Numbered from the stretch's first letter, positions 24,047-34,151 are shown. The stretch: 60,436 nucleotides of DNA from Acholeplasma sp. (GCA_036677365.1 JAVBWN010000013.1:1-60436); one strand, 5' to 3'. Program-made: numbers and translations. The notes: generated by a model from the letters alone, not told the origin.

Positions 24047-25852
24047 TTATTTCTTCACTACTCTGAAGATGAATGTTTGTTGAGTAATATTACCCCATTT
24101 ATCTTCAACTTGTAGCATGATGGTGTAGTCGCCTTCTTTAGAAGTATCTAATTTAGAGAATTCGCCTTTTGGAACGAATACAAGCGGTGTTAAGTCGCCA
24201 TCTCTGTCATCGATAACTCTATAGCCAGGAAATAAGTTTTGATCGAATGGTTTACCCCACTCAACTTCAATGATTCTTTCAGCAGCTGGTTTACCAACGA
24301 TACCTGCAGGGGAAATGAATGTCAATACTGGTGCAGATGTATCCATTGCTAATACCATAGATGCTTTAAGGTTTTGTTGTGCATTTCTAACAGGTGCAGC
24401 ATACTTGTTCGCAGGTGCATCGATGTCAGCCCATGCTTCAACAGTGTCTTCAAATGTAATTGAGTTTACATTGTTAGGGATAACCAATGAACGGTTAGAT
24501 GCGACAAATTCTTCACTTGACCAAGCACCTCTTGTCCACTTGTAATCCAATACTGTCCAAGCGTCTTGAACGCTGACTGTGAATGTAACTGTGTAGATAT
24601 TGCCACTCTTAGTAGCGGTATAACCTGTAGAACCTGGAGTCCAACCATTGAATGCGCCGGCAACGCTTAATACTGCGTCATTCGGTGTATTTGCTGGTGC
24701 AGTTAATTTCAATGTTACTTCAACATTCTTAGCTGCAGGAAGTGGGTCTTCTGGGAATCCTAAATCAAAGAAAACTTCATATTCTTTTGTATTGTCTAAC
24801 TTATTGGAGTCTTTCAATACAACAACGAATGTATTTAATGTGGTTGCAGATAAAGCGAAGTCAACACGTTCGATTTCTAACGCAGGACCGTAAGTCGTTG
24901 CGCCAGTCTTTTCTCTAACTGAGAACCAGCTTTCGATTTGTGCTCTTGCTGCATCTTTATCCAATGCTGTTGGGTATGGTGAAGTGATTGGTGCAGAAGT
25001 TTCAACATAAATATCTGTTGGGTTTTGTGCAAATGTACCAGTCATACCTTCAGCGGTAAATGGTTTTAACTTGAAGCTGAATGCTTCGTTTGCGAAATCT
25101 TCATAATTTCTGAATACGTTGGTGTTGTCTGTCTTAGCATCGCCAGCATTAACAACATAAACAACGTCCGCTTGTCCTACTGGAGTTTCAGCTCCTGGGT
25201 TGATATCGCCAGTCTTCTTAGTTGCGTCAGATCCTGCATAAACAAGTAAACCTGCCCATGATTCTTGACCAGCTAAAATGATACCTTTAACATCATAACC
25301 AGACAATGCTTTACCAGCTGTACCGAAAGGTTTAGGTGATGCCCATGCTGGGTCAGCAGCGGTCATACCCCAGTGGTGAACACCAATGGTTTCTTCATAT
25401 GCGTTTGCAGGGTCATAATAAACCACTAAAACGTTAACTTTGTCAGGGTCAGCTGCGAATGCTTGTGCATTTGTCCCTTGGAATACATATACGTGTGTTG
25501 TTTTGCCATCTTTCAACACGCTGGTTGAAATCATGACGTCACCTGTTAACTTCTTATCCCAGTTTGGACCGGCTCCGCCTGGCCATTCAACTGCGATGAA
25601 GCCCATGTCTGCTGGTGTGTCAGGAATAGCGATGTTATCGAAATTCCAATAAGCACCGAAACTGTCAACGCCATCTTTCACTTTGCCTGATGTGCCATTC
25701 CAACCCCAGCTACCGAGTTCGCTGTAGTCGTAATTGACATCCCATGCTTTGAAGTGAACAACTAAATTACCCGTTCCAGCCGCTTGAGTCTTCAGACCAA
25801 AAAGCGCGAAAGCTGTGACGAATAAAACCAAAGCTGTTAGTACTTTCTTCAT
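24047..25852 (-). CDS. Secreted non-catalytic alpha-glucan-binding protein (2x CBM41-like, CBM20-like, Ig-like)
   Basis: Signal peptide; LVVHF..WGW..DSFGAYW; VAGAFNGW.P..YKWTRG.W; C-terminal DRDGDLT..DTSKEGDY..D.WGN; no GH13 catalytic motifs. Confidence 0.7.
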   Translation of the reverse strand: MKKVLTALVLFVTAFALFGLKTQAAGTGNLVVHFKAWDVNYDYSELGSWGWNGTSGKVKDGVDSFGAYWNFDNIAIPDTPADMGFIAVEWPGGAGPNWDKKLTGDVMISTSVLKDGKTTHVYVFQGTNAQAFAADPDKVNVLVVYYDPANAYEETIGVHHWGMTAADPAWASPKPFGTAGKALSGYDVKGIILAGQESWAGLLVYAGSDATKKTGDINPGAETPVGQADVVYVVNAGDAKTDNTNVFRNYEDFANEAFSFKLKPFTAEGMTGTFAQNPTDIYVETSAPITSPYPTALDKDAARAQIESWFSVREKTGATTYGPALEIERVDFALSATTLNTFVVVLKDSNKLDNTKEYEVFFDLGFPEDPLPAAKNVEVTLKLTAPANTPNDAVLSVAGAFNGWTPGSTGYTATKSGNIYTVTFTVSVQDAWTVLDYKWTRGAWSSEEFVASNRSLVIPNNVNSITFEDTVEAWADIDAPANKYAAPVRNAQQNLKASMVLAMDTSAPVLTFISPAGIVGKPAAERIIEVEWGKPFDQNLFPGYRVIDDRDGDLTPLVFVPKGEFSKLDTSKEGDYTIMLQVEDKWGNITQQTFIFRVVKK

Positions 25853-25922
25853 TTTTTCCTCCTAATGTTTTGAGAATGTTTCCATCCTTCTACTCGTAAT
25901 CATATCATAACGCGCGAAATAA

Positions 25923-25981
25923 TGTAAACGCTTTAGCGTATATGACAATGTGCAAACGGTTTCTTCTTGCAAACGCTATCA
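25923..25981. promoter_or_regulatory. Three LacI-family (MalR/cre-like) operators in a divergent promoter region
   Basis: TGTAAACGCTTTAG (25923), TGCAAACGGTTTCT (25951), TGCAAACGCTATCA (25968). Confidence 0.7.
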
Positions 25982-26038
25982 TTTTTTCATAATCATTTTC
26001 AAATAGCATGATATAGTGTTTATGAAAGAGGTGTTTCA

Positions 26039-28954
26039 ATGAAAAAAATATTATTACTCTTAGTCGTATTATTTTCATCATTAGGATTTCATGCCATCGT
26101 TAACGCGAATGGCGCACCAACCAAATTGGTGGTTCACTACTTCCGTTATGATGATGTATACACAGAATTTAACATTTGGTTATGGCCTTATCAGCCAGTA
26201 TCCGCTGGTGGTGTTCAACACAACTTTGACCCACAACAAAAAGATGAGCATGGGGTATGGGTTGAAATTGATTTAACCACCACCTATGCCAACTCAACCG
26301 TTGTTGGGATAATCATAAAACAAGGTGGCTGGGATGGCTACCGTGAACCGGGTGGTGACCGTTTCATCGATCTGACTAAAGCAGAAATTATCGATGGCGT
26401 TGCGCATGCTTATTTTGTTCAAGGCTCCGTTGTTTTTGGTACTTCACAAGCCGATTTAGACAACAATATTCCGGATTATCGTCCAAAGATCTTAACCGCT
26501 GCTTTTAACGTCAACAATCAAGTTAAAGCCACACTTACTCACATGGCAGAAAGCTATCAAGTGTATGAAAATGATACCCTTGTTGCCTCAGGTGTACCAA
26601 CCACCAAAGACTTGACCATCAATGTCCCTAATGTGAATATTTCCAAACAATACACACTGACAGTGACATTCCCTGGAAACATTGTTTCTTCTCAAGTGGT
26701 TTCTATCGCAAGTTTATATGATACACCTGCCTTCGAAAGCGCGTATACATACGATGGTGACTTAGGTGTTACTTTCGTTGGAGGTAATACTGTATTTAGA
26801 TTATGGGCACCATTATCTTCAGCAGTTTCACTCAATCTTTACAATCAAAACCATCCAAATTATGACAATTCAGGTAACCTAAGCAATGAACCCACCCCAT
26901 ACCAATCGATCGATTTAGAAAAGATTGAAAATGGCACATGGGAAGCCGTAGTACCTGGTAATTTAAATGGTAAATATTATACTTTCTCAGTAACAAATAA
27001 TGGTATCACCAATGAAGTTACTGACCCTTATGCCTACTCTACTGGTGCAAATGGACGCCGTGGTTTAGTCGTTGATTTCTCAACTGTCAATCCAAGTGGA
27101 TGGACTTATGGTGAAAGACCAAACAATGTGACCAACGCAACCGATTATATCGTATGGGAATTACATGTGAGAGACTTAACTACCCACAGCTCATGGGGTG
27201 GTAATCCAGCATGGGCTGGTAAGTTCTTAGGGATGGCACAATCCGGTACACGATACACTTCTAAAGGTGTTACCGTCACCACTGGGTTAGATCATATGGC
27301 TGAATTAGGCATCAACGCCGTTCAATTGTTACCCATCTTTGATTTTGGTTATGTCGATGAAATTCAAGTCGCAACCAACCCTCGTTATACCAATACATTT
27401 AACTGGGGTTATATGCCATATCATTTCAATACCTTAGAAGGTTCTTATTCTACCAATCCATTCGATGGTGCGAACCGCATCACTGAATTTAAAACCGCTG
27501 TTCAAGCCATTCATAATAAAGACATTCGAGTCATCATGGACGTGGTATATAACCACACCGGTGAATCTGAAACTTCTAACTTCCACCGCATCATGCCGGG
27601 ATACTACCACAGATTAAACTCAACTGGTGGTTTCTCCAATGGTTCTGGTACAGGTAATGAAACCGCATCTGAACGCAGTATGACCCGTAAGTTTATGATC
27701 GACTCCTTGAAATTTTGGGCAACCGAATATAACTTATCTGGTTTCCGTTTTGACCTCATGGCACTCCATGATGTTGAAACCATGAATCAAATCTCTGAAA
27801 TGTTACACGAAATTGACCCAACCATCGTCATTTATGGTGAACCATGGATGGGCGGTACTTCTCCACTTCCTGCAAACAAACAAGCTGGAAAGGACCAGCT
27901 TAGAAATATCGATGGTGTCGGTGCATTTAACGATGTGGTTAGAGACGCTGTCAAAGGCTCTGTATTTAACGCCGCTGAAGGTGGTTGGGTACAAGGTCGT
28001 ACCGATGATGGCACAGTCAACGCCATTAAGTATGGTATTTTAGGCGGTATCGCCTCCTCAAAACACAACATCAATGCATGGCATTTAGATCCTGCAAAGA
28101 CCATCAACTATGTTTCCGCTCACGATAATAATACGTTGTTTGATAAATTGAGATTAACCAATGTATCCGTATCAAATGCTGAATTATTACAAGTTCAATC
28201 GAACGCCATCATCTTAACCAGCCAAGGGGTACCGTTCCTGCATGCTGGGGTAGAATTCATGCGTTCTAAGCCACTTCAAGGTGGCGGTTACGATCACAAC
28301 TCCTATGAATCTCCAGATTCCGTGAACCAATTGCGCTGGGATCGTAAACATACTTATCGAGAAGTGTTTGAATATTATAAAGACTTGATTCAAATCCGTA
28401 AGGATTACAAACAATTTAGAATGACTTCTGCAGATGAAATCAATGCGAGAGTTAGCTTCTTACCAACCGATCAAGGCAACAAAGCCATCGCATTTAAGAT
28501 TGAAGGTACAGCAACTCAACCTGAAATCGTGGTCATTCATAGCCAAAAAGCCTCTGGTGGTTTAACTCAAGTCACCTTAACTGCAGGGAAAACCTATCGC
28601 ATTCTCACCAATTTAAAAGCATCTAATCCAAATGGACTGGATGTGGTAAGTGGTGTCGTATTCGTTCCTGCGAACGTGTCGATGATTCTAGTTGAAGTCA
28701 CTGAACCAATCACCGTGAAGAGCGAACTTGTAAAAGTAGGCAAAGGTAAAACCTTCAATCCTGCTTCTAACATTACTGTACATGACTCATCCGCTGAAAT
28801 TCACTATTCCAACATGCATGATACCAACGTTCCTGGCTTCTACGCAGTAACCGTATCCGTCAAAGAATCCTATGGAAAAGTGACTTATTATCACTATATT
28901 TTACAAGTCACAGGTGGTTCTTTCGATGTTCAATTGAACCAAGGAGGTAACTAA
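26039..28954 (+). CDS. pulA: Secreted type I pullulanase (GH13) with CBM41, CBM48 and a C-terminal Ig-like domain
   Basis: FRLWAP, FNWGYMP, DVVYNH, GFRFDLM, YGEPW, YVSAHDN; signal peptide. Confidence 0.93.
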   Translation: MKKILLLLVVLFSSLGFHAIVNANGAPTKLVVHYFRYDDVYTEFNIWLWPYQPVSAGGVQHNFDPQQKDEHGVWVEIDLTTTYANSTVVGIIIKQGGWDGYREPGGDRFIDLTKAEIIDGVAHAYFVQGSVVFGTSQADLDNNIPDYRPKILTAAFNVNNQVKATLTHMAESYQVYENDTLVASGVPTTKDLTINVPNVNISKQYTLTVTFPGNIVSSQVVSIASLYDTPAFESAYTYDGDLGVTFVGGNTVFRLWAPLSSAVSLNLYNQNHPNYDNSGNLSNEPTPYQSIDLEKIENGTWEAVVPGNLNGKYYTFSVTNNGITNEVTDPYAYSTGANGRRGLVVDFSTVNPSGWTYGERPNNVTNATDYIVWELHVRDLTTHSSWGGNPAWAGKFLGMAQSGTRYTSKGVTVTTGLDHMAELGINAVQLLPIFDFGYVDEIQVATNPRYTNTFNWGYMPYHFNTLEGSYSTNPFDGANRITEFKTAVQAIHNKDIRVIMDVVYNHTGESETSNFHRIMPGYYHRLNSTGGFSNGSGTGNETASERSMTRKFMIDSLKFWATEYNLSGFRFDLMALHDVETMNQISEMLHEIDPTIVIYGEPWMGGTSPLPANKQAGKDQLRNIDGVGAFNDVVRDAVKGSVFNAAEGGWVQGRTDDGTVNAIKYGILGGIASSKHNINAWHLDPAKTINYVSAHDNNTLFDKLRLTNVSVSNAELLQVQSNAIILTSQGVPFLHAGVEFMRSKPLQGGGYDHNSYESPDSVNQLRWDRKHTYREVFEYYKDLIQIRKDYKQFRMTSADEINARVSFLPTDQGNKAIAFKIEGTATQPEIVVIHSQKASGGLTQVTLTAGKTYRILTNLKASNPNGLDVVSGVVFVPANVSMILVEVTEPITVKSELVKVGKGKTFNPASNITVHDSSAEIHYSNMHDTNVPGFYAVTVSVKESYGKVTYYHYILQVTGGSFDVQLNQGGN

Positions 28955-28955
28955 C

Positions 28956-29348
28956 ATGAAAAAATTCGTATTCTTGATGTTATTTGCTCTAGCTGTATTC
29001 ACCTTGTCTGCTTGTGGTGGTGAAAAGAAATTAACGATTTTGGGTTTGGATGTCTTAGAAGAAACGGTATATTATGGTGAAATCACCGTAGGAATCAACT
29101 TAGAATCTTCCACCTATACCGAAGATGAACTACTTGAAATTGCGAACGCTGTTGCTACTCAAACCTATTTGAAATACGCCGAGTCGATTGGTCAAACCAA
29201 AACAACACTGCGTGTGAACTTATATGATTCCGCGGCATCATTTGAAGCAAAAACGATCACAAACGGTTATGTGATTTATCAAATCAATGAATCTATTACC
29301 CAACCAGGCATTGGTTCAAAAACCGTTGAACTCATCGTCATATCCTAA
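28956..29348 (+). CDS. Small lipoprotein of unknown function
   Basis: Lipobox LSAC; RBS GGAGG; starts 1 nt after the pulA stop. Confidence 0.8.
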   Translation: MKKFVFLMLFALAVFTLSACGGEKKLTILGLDVLEETVYYGEITVGINLESSTYTEDELLEIANAVATQTYLKYAESIGQTKTTLRVNLYDSAASFEAKTITNGYVIYQINESITQPGIGSKTVELIVIS

Positions 29349-29354
29349 AGAAAT

Positions 29355-29381
29355 AAGGGCTGTCCAACTTGGACAACCCTT
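29355..29381. terminator. Bidirectional terminator
   Basis: AAGGGCTGTCCAA-c-TTGGACAACCCTT between convergent genes. Confidence 0.75.
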
Positions 29382-29382
29382 T

Positions 29383-30189
29383 TTATTTTAGACAAGTTCT
29401 GCCATATTTTAACATGACAATCATGATGGTTAAACCCATCGTCAATTGGTAAAACACACTGCCAAATGAAGGAATGAATATGCCGACAACAAAGCCAATA
29501 ACACTGGGTAACCCCATCGATAGAATGATGAACTTTAACCCATCAAAATAGTTAGGGAAGGATTGATAACCAAACCTAAAGAGCTGTAAGACTGCCCCCA
29601 ACAACAAGACGAATGCGAATTGTACCAAAATGGATACCATTGTATTGGTTAATACCGCGTATAAAATGGTATACCTGCTGAAGGACGCTTCTAGATTTCT
29701 CGCGAAATTAAGGATAGCGTCTTTTTGTTCTGCGGAATCCATTAAATTATACGTGTTGAAATTGAATGTTTCATCAAAACCACGATAAGAACCCGTCATT
29801 TGAGCCCCTTTACCATCGGTGTAAATGACACGATCAAAGGTTAAAATCAATTGTTTTTTCGATAAATCGATGTCCGATGCTGTCCCATTAAAGATATATG
29901 TCATATCTAGGTGTATCAACGTTGTTTTGGTTGAATTGTCACACATCAAACGATTGACTTGGATTGAACAATCACTCGGTAAAACCCATGTGGGTGTGGC
30001 TTCTAAAAAATCTTGTTCAATAAAGTCTAACCGAAAACCTTCCTGTCTTTGAATTAAGAAATTCATCGGGAATAAAGCAATCAATGACAATACGATGAAA
30101 TAAGTCCACAACTTCGTAAACTTCTCATCAAAATGGGTTAAAAGCGTACTAAACTGAAAAGACGCTTTGAAATACTTCACTAAAAACAT
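29383..30189 (-). CDS. Membrane protein, MalA/DUF1189-like (maltodextrose utilisation)
   Basis: 1 TM + extracellular loop + 3 TM topology, ~270 aa, located in a mal locus. Confidence 0.6.
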   Translation of the reverse strand: MFLVKYFKASFQFSTLLTHFDEKFTKLWTYFIVLSLIALFPMNFLIQRQEGFRLDFIEQDFLEATPTWVLPSDCSIQVNRLMCDNSTKTTLIHLDMTYIFNGTASDIDLSKKQLILTFDRVIYTDGKGAQMTGSYRGFDETFNFNTYNLMDSAEQKDAILNFARNLEASFSRYTILYAVLTNTMVSILVQFAFVLLLGAVLQLFRFGYQSFPNYFDGLKFIILSMGLPSVIGFVVGIFIPSFGSVFYQLTMGLTIMIVMLKYGRTCLK

Positions 30190-31703
30190 TAGATGTAATC
30201 TCCAATTTGACTTGGATTAATCTTCAAAATAACGGTTTGGAATGCCCCAAGTTCTAAAGACCCATAAAGAATGGATTCATGAGGAATATCTAAGATTCTG
30301 GTCGTGGTTGCGAGGTTATGGATGACCAAAACCGCTTCTTCGATATTGTCATACTGATAATATCTCACATAGCCTTGAAGTGCCCCTTGATTGTCTTTAA
30401 ATGGTTCAAAATAATTACCATAAGCCAAGGCAGGGTGCGTATTTCTAAGTTGAATCATGGTCTTATATTGGTTTAATAATGAATTCGGATTGGCCAATTG
30501 GGTAGGGATATCGGCGGTATTGTTATTCGAACCATCGCTTGGTAACCATGTTGTTTGAATGGCTGGATTCCCCCATAATAAGGGTTGTCTTCTGTATTCA
30601 TCGTATACCACACCATACCCTGGGATGTTGGTGCCTTCATAACGCACACCTTTCATACCAATTTCATCCCCATAGTAAATGAATGGCGACCCCGGCAATG
30701 TCAACAAGACGTTGGCTGCGAGTTTCATGCGTTCTAAGCCTTGTGCCCCATTGAATCCCGACATCGAAGCGATGCGGTCTAAGTCATGGTTGGTGATGAA
30801 TGGGCTTGCTACAAAGTTTGGATTAACTGCACGATAATCATCCAATACACGCTTAATCGATGAAGCAAGTTGATAGGTGTTTGTTCCTACACCAATGCGG
30901 TTTTGAATGATACCTGCGATGGTGAAGTCTAAGATGGAGTCGGTACCAATGAAGTAATCCACATTGAACTCATGGTTGGTTTCCCACACTTCAGCGGTAA
31001 TAAATGAGTCTGGATACGTTTCTTTGATATATGCATTCATTTCTAGTAAGAAGAATGTGTTTTTCAATGTCACTGCAGTAACACCAGGTTTTTGAAAGAA
31101 ATGCTTCGCTGCGTCGAGTCTAAAGCCTCTGACACCCATGTCTAAGTAAAAATCAAAGATGTTTTTGATTTCCGTTTTGACACCTTCATTGTCAAGGTTT
31201 AAGTCCACCATGCCACCTACGAAGGATGAAAAAGCAGATGAACCTTGCCAAATATAGTAATCACGATATGGGCTATTGCTGGAACTTCTCGCATCCACAT
31301 ACCATGGGTGTTGATCCGAGGTGTGGTTGATGACCAAGTCAATCATAATGGTGATACCTTTTTCTTTGGCGGTATCGATTAAGTTTTGGAAATCCTCTAG
31401 TGTGCCGTACTCAGGGTCAATGTCATAATAGTTTGTAACACTATACCCATGATAGCTTGGTGATGGGTTGATTGGCATCAACCAAATCCCGGTGATGCCT
31501 AAATCTTCTAAATAATCGAGATTTTCAGTGATTCCATTGATGTCACCAACACCATCGCCGTCGCTGTCGGCGAATGAACGTACAAATAGTTGGTAATACG
31601 TGTCATTTTGTGGGTTGAGTTCTGCTAGATTAATTTCGTTTTTCTTGGGTTGGCAACCTGTAAGGATCCATACCAACAACAATAGGGAGAGGATTTTTTT
31701 CAT
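30189..31703 (-). CDS. GH13 alpha-amylase lipoprotein (start ATG 31703)
   Basis: Lipobox LTGC; SFADSDGDGVGD, DLVINH, GFRLDAAKH, AEVW, NHD; RBS AAAGGA. Confidence 0.9.
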   Translation of the reverse strand: MKKILSLLLLVWILTGCQPKKNEINLAELNPQNDTYYQLFVRSFADSDGDGVGDINGITENLDYLEDLGITGIWLMPINPSPSYHGYSVTNYYDIDPEYGTLEDFQNLIDTAKEKGITIMIDLVINHTSDQHPWYVDARSSSNSPYRDYYIWQGSSAFSSFVGGMVDLNLDNEGVKTEIKNIFDFYLDMGVRGFRLDAAKHFFQKPGVTAVTLKNTFFLLEMNAYIKETYPDSFITAEVWETNHEFNVDYFIGTDSILDFTIAGIIQNRIGVGTNTYQLASSIKRVLDDYRAVNPNFVASPFITNHDLDRIASMSGFNGAQGLERMKLAANVLLTLPGSPFIYYGDEIGMKGVRYEGTNIPGYGVVYDEYRRQPLLWGNPAIQTTWLPSDGSNNNTADIPTQLANPNSLLNQYKTMIQLRNTHPALAYGNYFEPFKDNQGALQGYVRYYQYDNIEEAVLVIHNLATTTRILDIPHESILYGSLELGAFQTVILKINPSQIGDYI

Positions 31704-31704
31704 G

Positions 31705-32169
31705 TTAGAGTCCTTTCTTTCTGAGACTTTCGGTGGTTCCAAAATAATGATCACGTTCGGTACGTTTTTCTAAATCGATCATCTTCGTTTTGAAAATATA
31801 ATCATGGATGGTTCTCGATTGGTCACTTAAAATAAAGAAACTGATCACCATGTATATACCGAATGTAAACACCGATAGTGATATTTTAAAGACTTCTCTG
31901 AGTAAAATGCGCCAAAGTGGGGCAGTTTGTCCAGAGACATCGACTATTTTGATCTTTTGGATGCGTTTGCCAAAACTTTGACCGTTTGAAAATAAGTATG
32001 GTACTAAATAAAAACCTAAAAATCCACCTAGCCCAATCACATAGACCAATACTTCCCCTAATAGACCCGGGAAGGTTTGTGGCATGGGGTAAGCAATCAT
32101 CAACATAAGCATGACAGCGGATGTATCAATCGCGAAGGCGCGAACACGTTTTTCAAAGGATGGGATCAT
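31705..32169 (-). CDS. RDD family membrane protein
   Basis: KRVRAFAID, GQSFGKR, RTIHD. Confidence 0.85.
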   Translation of the reverse strand: MIPSFEKRVRAFAIDTSAVMLMLMIAYPMPQTFPGLLGEVLVYVIGLGGFLGFYLVPYLFSNGQSFGKRIQKIKIVDVSGQTAPLWRILLREVFKISLSVFTFGIYMVISFFILSDQSRTIHDYIFKTKMIDLEKRTERDHYFGTTESLRKKGL

Positions 32170-32262
32170 AAGAAACCTCGTTTCTTTCTAATTTCGGATT
32201 CATTATACATGATTAGCGCTTACATAACAAGTTTGGCACCCGTTACACATTCAAAAAACCCA

Positions 32263-33198
32263 TTACCAAGGCAATGGGTCCCTTTCAATCTCAGTTTTAT
32301 AAAGTTCAATCATTTTTCGCTTGATATCATCACTGATGACAAAGTCACTGTGTGTAAATTCATCGAGTTGCTCAGGTGTTTTTATCCCAGGGATAACGGC
32401 AGTAACCTCAGGAAATGACAAAATAAAGCCGATGGCGTATGGTGTCAAGATTTCATTGTGTGTGATGTCTTTAAGTTTTCTAACGAGCAGTCCACGACGA
32501 AAGATGACTTCATTGGTCCAACGATTTCGAATGCCCGTAAATGTCGATTGTTCATGATACTTCCCAGTCAACCATCCAGAATCTAAGGGTACTTTCGCTA
32601 TCAAACTGACCCCTTTGTCTTTTGCCAGTTTGAATGCCTTGGCTGGCCCTTGAAAAAATACATTGAACAAAATTTCAACCACATCAATATCATTGTTATT
32701 GAGTACTGTGAGGAGTTCATCATACGTGTCGATTGAAACCCCATAAGCACGAATGAGTCCTTTATTCTTAATCTGATTCAACACATGAAAATGGGTGCTT
32801 TTACCTTCTAGAATATCTCGATTTGGGTTATGTAATATAACGCTATCGAGGTAAGTGATATCCATTCTTTTAAGTGACTCATTCACTTGTTTTTCTAAAG
32901 ATTCAACAGAAAAATCGGTTCTGCCATCGGCCATATGTCCGAGTTTGGTATTGATAACGACCGATTCACGGTACCCTTGAATGGCTTTGCCTAAAATGAT
33001 TTCACTCATCCCTGAGCCATACCCAGGGGCCGTATCAAAGAAATTGATGCCCTGATCGATGGCCTTTCTTACCAAAGCGATTCCTTCTACCTCAGACATC
33101 GTTCCCCACAGTGCGTTATTGAGTTGCCATGCACCAAAACCCAAACGGTTTATTTTTTTATTGGTTTTTGCATAAACTATTTTTTCCAAGTATATCAC
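32263..33198 (-). CDS. Aldo/keto reductase (true start possibly TTG 33189)
   Basis: LGFGAW, GINFFDTAPGYG.G.SE, PLDSGWLTGKY. Confidence 0.9.
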   Translation of the reverse strand: MIYLEKIVYAKTNKKINRLGFGAWQLNNALWGTMSEVEGIALVRKAIDQGINFFDTAPGYGSGMSEIILGKAIQGYRESVVINTKLGHMADGRTDFSVESLEKQVNESLKRMDITYLDSVILHNPNRDILEGKSTHFHVLNQIKNKGLIRAYGVSIDTYDELLTVLNNNDIDVVEILFNVFFQGPAKAFKLAKDKGVSLIAKVPLDSGWLTGKYHEQSTFTGIRNRWTNEVIFRRGLLVRKLKDITHNEILTPYAIGFILSFPEVTAVIPGIKTPEQLDEFTHSDFVISDDIKRKMIELYKTEIERDPLPW

Positions 33199-33333
33199 CT
33201 ACCTGCGGTTATTCTACCATACCAGTATAGATCTATTTTGACATCTTGTGATTTTAGGGTAGATTCTTCCTTTTTTATATTTTTTATGATATAGTGTTGT
33301 CGGTTTGTACGATTCTAAGGGGGTATATATTCA

Positions 33334-33768
33334 ATGAAACGTTGTGTCGTATACTATTCAAAAACTGGCAACACCGCATCCGTCGCTGAAAAATTCAAAG
33401 ATTTTGACTTACTTCGTGTTCAAGCAGAAACAGACGATCCAAATAATTTAAACCCAGTTTTAACAGTAAAACCTGATTTAAGTAATTACGATTATGTCGT
33501 CATCGCCACGCCAGTGCATGGTTTCCAAATTTCCCAAGTGATGAAAACATATTTAACCCAAATCTCAAGTCTTGAGGGTAAAGTGATCGATCTATTTGTG
33601 ACCCATTTCTTCCCTTTCGCATGGATGGGTGGTAATGTCACGTTAAAACAAATGAGACGTTTGATTGAACAAAAATCTGGTTCGGTTCGATATATGACAT
33701 CGATCAATTGGAAAAATAAACATCGTGAATCGGATATTGAAAAGATGGTGACCACTTATCATGCGTAA
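33334..33768 (+). CDS. Flavodoxin family protein
   Basis: YYSKTGNT FMN-binding loop, ATPVH. Confidence 0.8.
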   Translation: MKRCVVYYSKTGNTASVAEKFKDFDLLRVQAETDDPNNLNPVLTVKPDLSNYDYVVIATPVHGFQISQVMKTYLTQISSLEGKVIDLFVTHFFPFAWMGGNVTLKQMRRLIEQKSGSVRYMTSINWKNKHRESDIEKMVTTYHA

Positions 33769-34150
33769 GTGGTGGATCGTTGGTTTGGTAATTCTGGTAA
33801 TTTTGGGGTTACTTACCACTTTAGGTGTTGTTTTGTTCAATCAAATCAATGCTGAATTATCAGGTCTTGATGACATTGAATTGACCGAAATTGATCTTTC
33901 TAATACTGAAGATGGCACATATATCGGTGAATACAACACCACCGTCATCAAAGTCAAAGTATCGGTTACTGTGGTTAATCATGAAATTACGCGTATTGAA
34001 CTGATCAAACACGACAATGGTCAAGGTGGTGGCGCAGCGGATATCCTCGATGATGTGATTGAGAATCAATCTGTGATGGTGGATAGCATTGCAGGGGCTA
34101 CCTATAGCTCAAAAGTGATTTTATTAGCCATATGTGACGCCTTGAAATAA
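33761..34150 (+). CDS. Membrane-anchored FMN-binding domain protein
   Basis: N-terminal TM, DGTYIGE, VDSIAGATYSS flavinylation-like motif. Confidence 0.8.
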   Translation: MRKWWIVGLVILVILGLLTTLGVVLFNQINAELSGLDDIELTEIDLSNTEDGTYIGEYNTTVIKVKVSVTVVNHEITRIELIKHDNGQGGGAADILDDVIENQSVMVDSIAGATYSSKVILLAICDALK

Positions 34151-34151
34151 C

